Shown here: in pieces, positions 11,501 to 24,101 of the stretch
How positions within the stretch are numbered: the first letter of the stretch is position 1
Layout of the letters: each line of letters starts with the position of its first letter
NCBI GenBank assembly: GCA_951804945.1
Contig: OX638165.1
Coordinates: 40,796,001-40,860,000 of the forward strand
Length of the DNA: 64,000 nt
Direction: 5' to 3'
From: Podarcis cretensis
Lineage: Eukaryota
Made by a program: the position numbers and the translations under genes
The notes under the pieces: model-generated
Told to the model about the DNA's origin: nothing
Database searches by the model: none
What the model saw: only the letters and a program-made list of their open reading frames with translations

Positions 11501-14500
11501 ACACTGGTTTGCCTTGTGTTTCTTACAGTGAGTTATTTTCTCCATCGCAGAAGTATCAGCTTCTCGTATATCACGCAGATTCTCTCTTCCATGACAAGGA
11601 ATATAGAAATGCTGTCAGCAAGTATACAATGGCTTTGCAGCAGAAGAAAGCATTGAGTAAAACTTCAAAAGTGAGACCCTCAACTGGGAATGCTGCATCT
11701 GCTCCTCAGAGCCAGGTGTTTATAGCTTAAATTCTGATTATAGCTTGGTGCCTCAGTGCAAGAGTCTTGCATTCACTGTTTATTATACATGGCAAAAGAT
11801 ATCTGAAAAGTTTTTTCCTCCTTATGTGAGTTCTGGGAGAAATTAAATATATAATTGAATGTGGTTTAACACTCACCTTGAATAGACAGAATGGGGTGGC
11901 AGAGACTTGGCAGCCTAAGAAAGATGTTATGGTCTTGTAGTTTTCCTTCATAACGTATGTGGAAAGTGTCCCAGCCTTGGAGTAAACTCCTGAAAAGTAA
12001 AGATTGCCTCTGACAACCCCAAGCACCTTACAACACACAAGTTGGTATTTCCTAGATCTTGACTATCCTCTCCATATATCGGGGTGGGGAACTTGTGGCC
12101 CTCCAGATGTTATTGGACCACTGTTGTATTTTGTATGTTGTCTTTTTAGTGCCTGCCTTCTGAAATTGAAGTGAAGTACAAAATGGCGGAGTGCTATACA
12201 ATGCTGAAGCAAGACAAAGATGCTATTGCTATACTTGATGGAATCCCTTCAAGACAGAGAACCCCAAAGGTAGTACTTTCCTAGCTAAGTTATGCTGCTT
12301 GGGAGCCTTTGGCTGAGATATGGATACAATTTATAGGGTTGTAACCAGTGCTGTTCCTACTCAATAAATCCATTGACATCAATGGACCTAAGACAGCCAT
12401 GTGCCTCAGTGGATCTACCCTCAGGAAAACTAGTACGGAATACAACCCATTCTTTGAACACCCTTTGGCTGACACAAATCCCAGGTTTTTTGAATAAAGG
12501 TAAAAACTTGCCATTAATAGCTGCAAGCCCAGAGAGTTGTGCATCAGCAGGTGGAATTAACAAATCCATAGTGGTGCAAAATGTTATGTCTTTATGTCAA
12601 CATTAAAACATGATTGTTCTCATCATTGGATTTCTGTGGGTTGCAGATTAACATGATGCTGGCCAATTTGTACAAGAAGGCAGGTCAGGAACGCTCTTCT
12701 GTGACGAGTTACAAAGAAGTGCTGAGGCAGTGCCCACTAGCCCTTGATGCCATCCTAGGTAGCCACTTTTCTTCCCATCAATGATTATTGTTGAAATTGT
12801 GATTGAGACGTTGGCCTATCTGAACAGTCTTAGCATGGGCAGGTGAACAAAATATGAATTGGTGCAGTTCGCCATTGGCCTCCTCATGACTTACGACATT
12901 AAAGGGGTGCTTGTTATGACTTCATGTATTGTGTCTTAGAAGACATAAGGGCTGGGAGAGGCAGTAACAATAGCATTGCAATGCTCTTTCTGATCTGAGG
13001 GAAGAGTGTGGTGCTAGAGATGGCAAGACAATTGGTGTGGATAAGTTTTACAAAATGCACCTGTCTGCAGGGCTTGATCACTGTAGTCCAGCAGTAGGGA
13101 ACGTGTGACTCTTCAGATGTTGTTGGTGTTCAGTTCTCATCGCTTACCAATAGCCATGTTGGCTGGGACTTATAGGAGTTGTAGTCCAGCACTGCTCAAA
13201 ACTTCCATTGTTCTAGGTGCTTTTTGCCACATGGAATTTCATTAGCCCGAGCAGTTTCTGAGCTCTGGGCGCAGTACTGCACCTAAGATTTCAGATTAAA
13301 ACTGGAGAGTGGAAGGAAAGGAAGGCCTTTTTCTGCTTCCCCATTTCCAGCTACTCTCTGAAGACTGGAGAAGAGACCATCTTAAGACTATTAGGGAGGT
13401 GGGCAGGGGAAGGACTAGATCATGTGAAAAATGAACAAAATATTTTAGTTACAGTTCATTCATTTTTAGCTTTCTATTCTTGTTATTAAAAAAGCTTGCC
13501 TAGACATTCCGTTGTTGCACCCATAGCCTGGGTTTAAGGTGCCATTTAGCTCCTAGCTTTCATATCTCAGTTTCTAACACTGATCCAGCAACATTTGGAG
13601 GATCACAGGTTCTCCAGTCAATTATCTGCTGTTGGTGCCTGAGCACTTAATTTCCTTGGGACTACCAAGAACATTTTGTCAAAATGGTGGTCACAACAGC
13701 TGTTGCTTCTCATTTAGGCTTGCTGTCGCTCTCAGTGAAAGGTGCAGAAGTCGCTTCCATGACAATGAATGTAATCCAGAGTGTCCCAAACTTGGACTGG
13801 CTTTCAGTCTGGATCAAGGCATACGCATTTGTGCACACAGGTGATAATACCAGAGCAATCAACACCATCTGGTAAGAATCTAGAGCAAATGCAAATGAGC
13901 TTTCTCAAAGAACCTCTAGCTTGGTATCTTGTAAGATTTACTACTTGGGTATTGAAGGCTATTTCCCCTTTGCAGCTAGACAGTTACAATGCTAAGTGTT
14001 TGAATGCTCATGGAATTTAAATCCCACATACATGTGTCTTTTAAAACAGGGATGGGGAACCTGTGGTCAACTATTAGTCATGCTGTTGAAGGTGCCACAG
14101 CCGCTGCCCCCCCAAAGCCAGAGTTGCATGGCTTACCAGGTTGCACAGCTGCAGCAGCGGGGGCCCCCTCCCCTCCTACCATGGGCAAAGAAGTCTATAC
14201 CCCATGGGCACCAAGCTGACCTAGAAACAAGTTGATTGTGGTTGCATCTTAATGTTGTTAGAGGAGTGTGTGCAGTCCAAGTATTATTTGGAGATGTTCC
14301 ACTGTGAAAGAAAGCAAAGCGTACACCTTTCTCTTACTGACTTGATTTGTCTCATGCCCTTCCTTTTAATCCTCTTTGGGTGGAAGATGCTCTGATTCTA
14401 GATGTGCTGTAGTAGAGAAAGATAGATTGTGACATGTAGATATGTTTGCCTTAAGGAAATGTACCTTTTCCCATAAAATAGAATAAAAATGCTCCAAGAG

Positions 14501-16108
14501 GTTCCAATATATTGATCTTCTCTTTCAATTTGTTCTTCCCACAAAAGCTCGCTGGAGAAAAAGTCACTGCTGAGGGACAATGTGGATATACTAGGAAGCT
14601 TAGCTGATCTTTATTTTAGAGCAGGTGACAATAAGAACGCAATTCTAAAATTTGAACAGGCGCAAATGTTGGATCCTTATTTGATAAAAGGTAAGTCTCT
14701 AGAAAATATGGAGAGCTTGTTAGAATAATTTGTATTCTGTATTCAACTTTTATAGTTCAACCCTATGCATGTTTATTCAGAAAAAACATCCTACTGAATT
14801 CCCATGTAGGTATTTGTAGTACTGCAACCTTAACTATATTTTTAACAGAGCAAAAAATTCTCACTAGTTTATTTTTTGTTGGTAAGATTGAAAAAAAAAC
14901 TAGTACAAATGAGGCAAAGAGAGGGATTTTTTCCTTCTGTCCTTACACTTAACTAAAATCAGAAATGGTTAAACCTCAAAAACACTTGTAATTGGTTGAA
15001 GACACATTTATATTGTAAACAGCTGATGCAACAACTGCATTACGTCAATGAAATACAATGGGATTCCTTTGAATGGCAGGTCTGCTGTTTGTTTCACCCA
15101 CAAATTGCACATTTGAATCACTGTGGAGCTCCAAATAATGTGGAAAATACATGACAACTGATTAGAACTGGAGCAACCAGTTTTATGGAAAATATTTTTG
15201 AATCTTCATTTTGAATACCTGTATAGAATATAGAAGTTGAGAAAACATTTGGATCTAAGCACTGTTCCTGCCTTTTAGGTGAAAGATGTGAACAGTCCTG
15301 TCCTCTAGTTTTCCTTGATCTTTTTTCCTTTGTAGCTTTTGTGTGTGTGTGTCCAACTCCTTCCTGCTTTGTCTTTAGGGATGGATGTATATGGCTACTT
15401 GTTAGCCCGCGAGGGTCGCCTGGAGGATGTGGAGAATCTCGGCTGCCGGCTCTTCAATATTTCTGACCAGCATGCTGAGCCCTGGGTGGTATCAGGGTAA
15501 TGGGCTGCTTCTTGCTCCTGTTTGGATTTTACGTTGAACTTTCTGAAGGCAGAATCTACCCTATTAATGAGGAGAGTCAGATGATCTTGGGTTTATTGCT
15601 AATGGCTTAGTGTCGGGCAGCAAAATCTTGACTGACATGGAATTGGTGAATTCACTGAAGTCTGTGGGAGTTTGACCAAAGCTTTGTGTAAGATGTCCTG
15701 GAGTCTCCCTAACTGGCATACTATTGAAATGCCACTTTCAAAGCACATCTTGCTATTCTTGAAATTCAAAGAGGTGTTGGATCCAAAAATATCCAAAGCC
15801 ACTGTCTGAAATAAAATTCTGCAGGGAGCTAAATAGCCTTTAATATATTTTGTAACACTGCCTTCTCAGCAACACTGCTCAAGGCAGATTACAAAAATTA
15901 CAAAACGTACTTAAAATCTTCCCTTAAAAAACACTTCGTTGTGGTGTCTAAAAGCTGGTTGTCTACAGTAGAAAATTATTAATGTGTTTCATTACTTTGG
16001 AGGCATCACTAAAAAGTAGGTCACATTTCAGAATGCTGAAGCTAAAATTACATTTCCTGATAGCAATAGGCATTTCCGCTTTCATTAGATAGAACACATT
16101 ATTCCTCT

Positions 16109-16179
<71 letters not shown>

Positions 16180-18299
16180 TATATTCCAGACCCCATCATC
16201 AAAAGTAATTGAAATGGAAGGTTGTAGGAGTTGGGGGTGCTGTGGGTCTATAACAGAATAGCCCATCCTACTTTGGCAATATGTTCTGCCCACACCCTTT
16301 AATAATACAATGACAATGTTGCCATGGCTGAAAAACTCTCTGCTTGTCCTCTTGAGGTGGAACAGATTGAGCATGTTAACCACAATTCCCCCTTCTTTCT
16401 GCAGGTGTCATAGCTTCTACAGCAAGCGTTATTCCCGTGCCCTATATTTAGGAGCCAAAGCTATTCAGCTGAACAGCAATAGTGTGCAGGCTTTGCTGCT
16501 GAAAGGCGCTGCTCTTCGGAACATGGGGAGAGTGCAAGAGGCAATCATCCACTTCCGTGAAGCGATACGGCTTGCCCCTTGCAGGCTGGACTGCTATGAA
16601 GGCAAGTAAAAAGGATGGACTTCTCCAAACAGTTGTTGTTAAACCTGGTAGTGAAATGAAAGTTTCTATAGGCCCACATATGACTGTCACCACTAAGATG
16701 TCTTTCTGACATGCCAAGACCCCACCTTAAAGTCGTGAACTGTCAGCCTACTGTGCTAAATTCGGTGACCATTGTTTAGATGAGCGCTGGTTTTGAAAAA
16801 AAGCAAATATTCTCTCAAATATGACTTTTGTCTCTGACCCTCAGGCCTCATTGAATGCTACTTAGCATCCAATGGTCTTCGTGAAGCCACGGTCATGGCT
16901 AACAATGTCTACAAAACCCTGGGAGCCAACGCACAGACACTTACCCTCCTGGCAACTGTTTGTCTGGAAGATCCTGTTGCACAGGAGAAAGCAAAGACAT
17001 TGCTGGACAAAGCACTGACACAGCGCCCTGATTACATCAAAGCAGTGGTAAAGAAGGCAGAACTTCTCAGTAAGTCTTTCCCCCTCCTCTTTTCTTGTGT
17101 GCTAGTCTTATTCAGCATGAATACAGATGTATGCAGATGCAACCCCCACCAAGTCTTGAAGATTGTGGAAGGCAGCAATTTTCACCCATGTCTCTCCATA
17201 CTATAGCCATAATCAGACTTACAGCACCCTCTCACTCCTGTTGTGAACAACCAGCTGAAAATGCCCATCTTGAATTACTCATTACATTTCGAGCTTTCCA
17301 TTTTGGCAAGAAGTCATGTGAACTGGAGATGCAGGGTTTTGTCATTTTCTTTAAATTGATATTTTTTAACGTGTCTCTTTAAAATTCAAAGTGTTTGCAA
17401 ATCCATAGGTGATTAGGTGGTTTAGAATAGGCATTCTTCCTTCTCTGTCACAGGAGAAGGGTGATGACGATGGCAACTTCTTGTATATGTCACAGGAAGA
17501 CACAATCTCGGCATCCTCTGAAACAAATTGTTTCCTCCTCTGAAAACCTAACTGCAAAAAATGTGTATCTGAATGCATAATTGCAGAAATGGTTTTAGTT
17601 TGCTGGGTGCATAGACTTCTGTGTTTTTTCTTATTTTTATCTTGTTGTGCAAGATAAAAAAGCAAGATCAGCTTTTGGCTGTGAGGCAATCTATACTTCT
17701 GCAAATTAAAATAGAAAAGCCTCATACAGTTAATCAGTTATGATTTCTTTTTCGGGTGATAGCCTCAACATAAATAGCTTGAAATAACCCTTCTTATTGA
17801 CAGGCCGAGAACAGAAATATGAAGATGGAATAGCTTTGCTGAGGAATGCCCTTGCCAACCAGAGTGATTGCATTCTCCATCGAATGTTAGGGGACTTCCT
17901 TGTGGCTGTTAATGAGTATCAGGAAGCCATGGACCAGTACAGTATTGCTCTTAGGTAAGTTTATGGAAAATCCTGTTGTGATGGCCATGAGTTGTAGGAG
18001 CTTTATCTGTGACTGAGCTGAAATGGAGCTGTGCATGAGCCAGCCTGTCCTGTTCTTGCTACTGCTCCCTGACTCCAGGATGTCTTTCTCTTACTTTCTG
18101 TTCCCCCAGTTTGGATCCCAATGATCAAAAGTCACTGGAGGGGATGCAGAAAATGGAAAAAGAGGAAAGTCCAACGGATGCCACCCAGGAGGAAGATGTG
18201 GATGACATGGAAGGGAGTGGAGAGGAAGGGGACCTGGAAGGCAGTGACAGTGAGGCAGCCCAGTGGGCGGATCAGGAACAGTGGTTTGGCATGCAGTGA
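8092..18299 (+). CDS. ANAPC7: Anaphase-promoting complex subunit 7 (TPR protein), complete gene span, 11 coding exons, 565 aa
   Basis: Exons join in frame to 1698 nt; MSVVDHVREMAAAGLHSNVRLL...QWADQEQWFGMQ*. Confidence 0.97.
9520..9815 (-). mobile_element. L2-like LINE 3' fragment
   Basis: Reverse complement reads like an L2 3' end (TTTAGTGTGGCAGCACC...CTCCCTGCC...GTAAACCACTCTGAG...AAATAGATAAA). Confidence 0.55.
10545..10805 (+). mobile_element. RTE-clade LINE 3' fragment
   Basis: FICPNCN zinc-knuckle remnant and 3' end CCATTGTCTCCCGAGACAGATGGATGCCAAC. Confidence 0.6.
10894..11145. mobile_element. Tc1/mariner-pogo (Tigger-like) MITE
   Basis: TA|CAGTGGTACTTTGGTTTA ... TAAACCAAGGTACCACTG|TA. 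Confidence 0.85.
11529..11715 (+). CDS. ANAPC7: ANAPC7 exon 2
   Basis: ttacag|T GAG TTA...; ELFSPSQKYQLLVYHADSLF...PQSQ|gt. Confidence 0.95.
12150..12269 (+). CDS. ANAPC7: ANAPC7 exon 3
   Basis: CLPSEIEVKYKMAEC...RQRTPK|gtag. Confidence 0.95.
12647..12758 (+). CDS. ANAPC7: ANAPC7 exon 4
   Basis: INMMLANLYKKAGQERSSV...LDAIL G|gtag. Confidence 0.95.
13718..13871 (+). CDS. ANAPC7: ANAPC7 exon 5
   Basis: LLSLSVKGAEVASM...RAINTI TG|gtaag. Confidence 0.95.
14548..14690 (+). CDS. ANAPC7: ANAPC7 exon 6
   Basis: SLEKKSLLRDNVDILG...DPYLIK G|gtaagt. Confidence 0.95.
15379..15496 (+). CDS. ANAPC7: ANAPC7 exon 7
   Basis: MDVYGYLLAREGRLEDVENLG...PWVVS GG|gtaat. Confidence 0.95.
16108..16172. repeat. 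Compound (TG)n(AG)n microsatellite
   Basis: Directly visible. Confidence 0.95.
16405..16601 (+). CDS. ANAPC7: ANAPC7 exon 8 (GC donor)
   Basis: CHSFYSKRYSRALYLGAKAI...RLDCYE G|gcaagt. Confidence 0.93.
16845..17069 (+). CDS. ANAPC7: ANAPC7 exon 9
   Basis: LIECYLASNGLREATVMANNVYK...KKAELL A|gtaagt. Confidence 0.95.
17804..17954 (+). CDS. ANAPC7: ANAPC7 exon 10
   Basis: REQKYEDGIALLRNAL...QYSIAL AG|gtaagt. Confidence 0.95.
18110..18299 (+). CDS. ANAPC7: ANAPC7 exon 11 (last)
   Basis: cccag|T TTG GAT; LDPNDQKSLEGMQKMEKEE...WFGMQ*. Confidence 0.95.
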
Positions 18300-21174
18300 A
18301 ATTGCCTTCCTGAACTAACCTGGGACCATAGCCCTTGATGAGTGATGCCCAATAAGACATTCTTCTCCCTGGAATGAAGAATGCCAAGGGGACATTGTGT
18401 GCTGCTGCAAGAACTGAACTGAGGCAAGATCCAAGCAGCCCCTTCTGTCCCTTTTTTGTTTCTGTGTTATGCTCTCGGTGCTCCTTATTTCATGGTGAAG
18501 CCTGAGCAACTTAAGTGCTGGGGAGGCATTCGTGCCAAGCAGCAATTTTGAGTTCTTATTTCTAAAATTAGAAGCTTTCAAATGATATAAAGCATTTCTC
18601 AAACATTTGTTAATGACTAAAACGATGTCAGAATCATGTTGTAAACTAATTATGCTTGATCCCCAGTGGTGCAAAAATGTAGGCTGCTTTTATATCCTTT
18701 TATAAAAGAGGCTTTATTCGCAAAGCCTGTACGGTGTCTTTAGATACACAAACTCCTCCAGAAAGCTGCTGGAATCTCACACAGGGGCAGTAAATTTCTT
18801 TCCAGCCTTTTCCTGGCCTGCCCAGTGTTTTTTGTGCAGGATATTTACATGCACACTCTAAAATAGAAGCATGCTGCTTCAGGCTCCTAACTGATGAGCA
18901 ATTCTATAGCTGATGAACACAAGAAATTGTGGCCTGTGAAATAGTTGGTTATTTTCACATTCTGTGCTAACAAGTGCCACTCCTTTTAAGCCTCTGTAAG
19001 GATATTAGAGAAAGTGAAATGGAGCAGCGTTGAGGAAATTACAGCCAGTGAAAGGTTCTTAAGGTTACTTCTCACTGGGTAATACCAATTAACAATATCT
19101 AAACCACATAATCCTTTCCTGCATACATGACTATTAAAAGCAGCCTTGCCAACATACTGTGCTTCTGGCTTTGATTTGGCTGCATTCAATAACTTCCTCA
19201 AAGCACAGTCCAGCAGCAGCTTCTGTTGGGTGCCCCATCTGCACAAGACCACAGTGCTGTGTTCTCTGTTAAGTAATTATTTTTTTTAATGATGTGACCT
19301 TCCCTTTCACAAGGGTGGCTAGTCTGCAGCCCTCCAGATGTTGCACTCTCAACTCCTATTATCCGTAATTGACTCCATCAGCTTGAAGCAGATGGAAGTT
19401 GCAACATCTGGACAGCCATGGCTCCCCACCCTCCTCTTTTGAATCACAGAAGAATTTAAAAGACCCAACGTGTCTTGATCATCTGCTGAAAACTCTACTA
19501 ATACTACCAAAGTTCAGGATGGAAAAGTAAGTTGCCTTCAAGGAAACATGAAGGTAATGAATTAGTGGTTGTTTATACTGTTATAAGGTTCTTGTGAATA
19601 GAGATACAACATTACCTGTACAGAAACATTCTTGAACACAGGATGCCAGATGCACGTTGATACAAAGAGATACTTTAGTTAAGATAAGGGAATAGTGCTG
19701 GTACAATGGAAATGTATTGCTTTCTCTTTAAACAGAAGAAGCACCACTCTTCCCCCCTTTCCACAAACCGTTTTGGAAATTGGAGGGGAATGTCTAAAAT
19801 CACCCTTTGGTTCACACAGTTGGTTCATGATTCCAGGCCCAGTAGATAAATGAAAGGGAACAATGGCTTGTCAAAATCAGTTTGTGGCTAAGATGAGATT
19901 TGAATTGGGGCATTTCATGTTTGTGATGCCACTCCAGCTCTTGTAATCACCCACCACCAGTAAAATCAGGCACACAATTATTTGCTAGACAAGCTGCTGA
20001 TTTTCATTGTGTGGGCATTCTTATTTTCTGGGGGGAAACGATCTTAATTGGAGCATGTAAATTAGTTGTCCATAGTTATTTATATAGTACCATTACATTA
20101 CAATGGTTCATAAAACTCATAAACAAGGAAGAAAACACTCTAGTCCTTGTCCTGTGATTTAAAAAATTATTTCACTTATGAACTACTTCCTATGAGGCAT
20201 CCCACAGTAAAACATTTTTTTAAAAAAACAGTTGCACATGTAAAAGCAGTTGTTGTATATATGAAATGAAAACAGTTTAAAACAAGAATAGCACATAGTT
20301 CAAATCAATTCAGATCCAATGCTGATAAAGAGCTCCAGCCAGACATTTTGCTGGTTGAAATTTTATTAGTGGTGTAATGAATATACATGCAAATACAGTA
20401 AGTTCTGTGCCACCCTTTACACACCCTCTCATAATGTCAGTTTTTATAAACGGAAAGGAGAATGAGGAAGACGGATCATCACATCCTTTTGGAAGAAGAC
20501 TTAAGAAAAATGGTACATAAAAGGGACTGCTGAGAGGTCCTGGGGAGAGTGGAATTCAGCTAGTGGGACTGCTGCTAGTGAAGAATGACGAGGCCAGGGT
20601 TCCTGCTCCCGTCATAGTTGTGTGGAAGAGGAAATATGCATCCAGCTGCCTTGTACTCTGGCCTCTTTCAGCTCACCTGCAGGAGACCATACAAAAAGGA
20701 GTGTGCCTATGCCCTGGACTGTGGAGACCCAAAAGACACTTAGACCAAGGACAGGGAACCTTTTTGGATGAGCAGCCCACCCCTGCAGACCTATTTTTGA
20801 TGGTTGGGACAACCCACCTGTCTTTGGCCTGACTTAGGGACACTAGATGATTGTCTGGCAGATTAAGCCCACTCACATGTAAGAAGGCCTTTGAGCACTG
20901 ATCTTTAAGTGCCTTGACAGCCAGCCTGAGAACCACACTGCACAGTCATAGGTGTCAGGCCGCCAGAGCTGCTGGCTGTGCAACAGAGTTCCCACTGCAG
21001 GTGTTTGACGAGGAGAAGAACAAGACATTAGCCACAATTTATCTGTATCCCATAGTTTCATGAGAACTTCTGTTGATTGATGTGTTTTCCTTCAAACCAG
21101 CCTCCCTCTGGTTTGAAAACACAAGCTGTAGTTAAGCTGGCGTGTGCATTTTATGCAACCACTGTACAGTGCAA

Positions 21175-21385
21175 TGGCAGTGTGGCATAGTGGTTAGAGT
21201 GTCAGACTAGGACCTGGCACCCAGGGTTTGAATCCTCACTCAGACACTCACTGAGTGACCTTGGGCCAGACACTGCCTCTCAGCCTAACCTACATCACAG
21301 GGTAGTGGTTGTGGGGGAGAACCACATAAATGACATTGAGCTCCTTAGAGAAAATGGTGGGATATAAATGCAATACATAAATACA
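21175..21385 (+). mobile_element. tRNA-derived SINE with CORE/L2-like body
   Basis: A box TGGCATAGTGG, B-box-like GTTTGAATCC, TGACCTTGGGC core, A-rich tail; similar copy at 63095-63300. Confidence 0.7.
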
Positions 21386-22713
21386 TTTAATGTGTTCAGG
21401 GCTAGGGGTTGCTGGCATGGAAAAACAGCAGGTCATGTGCATCACCCCTGCCTTCGTCTTGGGTGCACAACCCTCTGCTAAAAATAAACCTGAAATGCTG
21501 CTGGAGGGGCAACGGTTAATGTGTCTTGAGTCTGCTCTTAAATGATATTAATTGAATTGCAGGCAGCTGGGCTTTCTCCAGGGAGCTGGGTTTGGATCTT
21601 CGATTTCTGTAAGCCTTTTAGAACTAACAGGTGAGGCTAATAGAAGTCTCCCTTGAGGCTAATATTCCTGAAAAACAATACAATACTGGTGGGTGGTTTG
21701 CACTGTCGATAAGCACTAGCTCCTAATGTCTCTAGACTAGCTGCCTCCAGAGCTGCTAATGATGGATTTAATAGCTTTTTAATGCTCTACACGGAAGGAG
21801 CGTTGGAAATTTCACTGCAGCTGGTGACGGATGTTTATATCATGAAATCCATCATTAAAATTACTGCCAGCCTTCCCTTCTCCCTCCAGCACAGCAGCAG
21901 AGAGGGCCTTAATGGACTTGCAAAGGCACTTTCCCTTGTCGCAGAATCAGCGGCTTTCTAAATCTTTCCGTAAGGCTCCAAGGTGGACACCTGCCCCATG
22001 ACTGTCTGAGCACTGCCATGTCAAAAGAAGCGACAACCTCCCAAAACCAAAGCCAAGTAGCTAATAATAAAACCAAACCAAACACCTACTGATGACAAAT
22101 GTATATATTCCTTCAGCAAAGAAATGTGAATCCTTGGCTGTGTTTACTGGAACCTTAAAGAGAAACCCTTCTATATAAGATAGGGGTGGAAAACCTCCTG
22201 TCTAGGACTAAATGCTCCCCTACAAGTTGTCTCCCAAGGCCCACACCTTCTCTCTCGGGGCCCCACTGCTAACGGGCCTTCTCACCTTCTCATCGGGTGC
22301 CTTTGCCTGTAATGTTATTGTCCTGGTTTCATTTTCTTGCTTGAGCTCAGAGAAGCAGCGGGTAGACTGATGGGACTTAATTCCAACAGTAACCTGCCAA
22401 AGCCGGATCTAAGGCAGTACAGCCTGTTTGGGTGCACCAGGCAGAGTGATTCTGGGATGCTGCAGCAGGAACTGCAACCATGAAGTCCAATAGAAGGCAA
22501 GAGGGCTGCCAGATTTTGGTGTTGCACAGGGTGCTGCTGGAGTTTGTGATGCCAAGATTCGCCACTGAACCTGGGACAGGTAAATGGAACAAATTGTGAA
22601 TGTACACAACTGCAGTCACTTTAAATCTAAATAATAAATGAATTAGGTACATGGGTTTATTCAAAAGGATTAATGTACCCAGCATTTCTGTTTTAAAGTC
22701 CACCAGGAGAGAA

Positions 22714-22840
22714 GGGCTGTAGCTCAGTAACAGAGCAGAGGCTTTATTTGTACAAGGTCCCAGGGTCAATCCCTGGCTGATATGGCAGCTGCTCTTACTA
22801 ATGTCCTGTCTGAAACCCTGGAGAGATGCTGCTAGCAGTC
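22714..22840 (+). mobile_element. tRNA-derived squamate SINE fragment
   Basis: GGGCTGTAGCTCAGT...GGTCCCAGGGTCAATCCCTGGC head followed by CTGAAACCCTGGAGAG. Confidence 0.6.
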
Positions 22841-23932
22841 TCTTAAAAAGCTCCACCCCGGGAGCCGGCAGGGGTTGCTACGCCACTGTCTCACAGGGTT
22901 GTTGTGAAGATAAAACAGGGATGGGGGGGAACGACATATTTTGCCTTATGCTCCTTGGCAGAAAGTTGGGATATAAACGTGATGAATGATTATGATGGGA
23001 TGATGTTGAGTCTGTGGCAGTTTGCTGAATAAATAGAAGAGCCAAGATACGGTTCACAACAATTAGCCATTATGTTATTCTAGCACTCTGGTTTTATTTT
23101 ATTTTTTGAGTGTTAGCATGTGTGTGTGTTTGTGTGCGCATGTGCACATGCGCGCTTTAAAGAGTGAAAAACCACTGAAATGCTTGAAATGACATTAATG
23201 GAAAGATATAGCCACTTCTGTTCTGTTATGTAATTTGATGTTTAATTGTTATGTTATTTACATGTATTGAAATATTATAATATAAAATAGATAGAGAAAA
23301 ACACACCCAGACTTCAAAATTCCTTCTGCCACCTACAATTACAGGTAAGTACGCATCTTCCTTCCTAGTGCTTCCTGATTAACAGCTGGTAAACTGTGGG
23401 CCAGACTCCGGAAAAATGGAATTGAAAGTGAGAGAGGAGGAGGAGGAGGAGAACCGGTTAGATTTCTAAGAGTTTACCAGAGAACAGAAAGTACTATTGC
23501 ATCAAAGCCAGTTTGGCTAGCAGACAGAGGCAAGCAACCCACAGTGTGCTTTCAGGAGTTTGGAACATTTCCCAGCTGGGATCCCAGGCTTACGAAGACT
23601 TTAGCAGCTGGCAGGAATTGGATGATTCTATTGGCAGCCAATCCAGAAACCTGGCACTGATAGAGGCTGTGCAAAAGCCCAGATCAGGTAGGGGATTTAG
23701 TTTCATGGAGCTTTAAAAAATGCTATCGCTTCAATGAGCTATTTATTTTAATCCCAGCATAACCAACCACCCCATTTGTCAATCAACAGACAGCTCTTTA
23801 TTGACTATACCGTCATAATAAATACCTTATATGCAGCTGTTCTTGCTCCACAGTTGTGGTACTCCCTTCCTTTCTAAAGGACTGCCCAAGTTAAAAATAA
23901 AAATAAAAAAAGCAGGGGGGGCATACAGTTTA

Positions 23933-24101
23933 CCGTATTTTTCGCTCTATAACACGCACCCGACCATAACACGCACGTAGTTTTTAGAGGAGGGAAATCC
24001 GTAGGCATGCCACCCGTAGGCATTCCCTCCATAACACGCACAGACATTTCCCCTTACTTTTTAGGAGGAAAAAAGTGAGTGTTATGGTGCAAAAAATACG
24101 G
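23933..24101. mobile_element. Tc2/pogo-like MITE
   Basis: TA|CCGTATTTTT ... AAAAATACGG|TA termini with internal ATAACACGCAC repeats. Confidence 0.82.

Noticed and set aside
18891-18930. Other CTGATGA/CTGACGA cores (also ~28858 and ~31875) as hammerheads or C/D snoRNAs
   Set aside because: No helix II followed by GAAA and no paired C/D boxes with a terminal stem.
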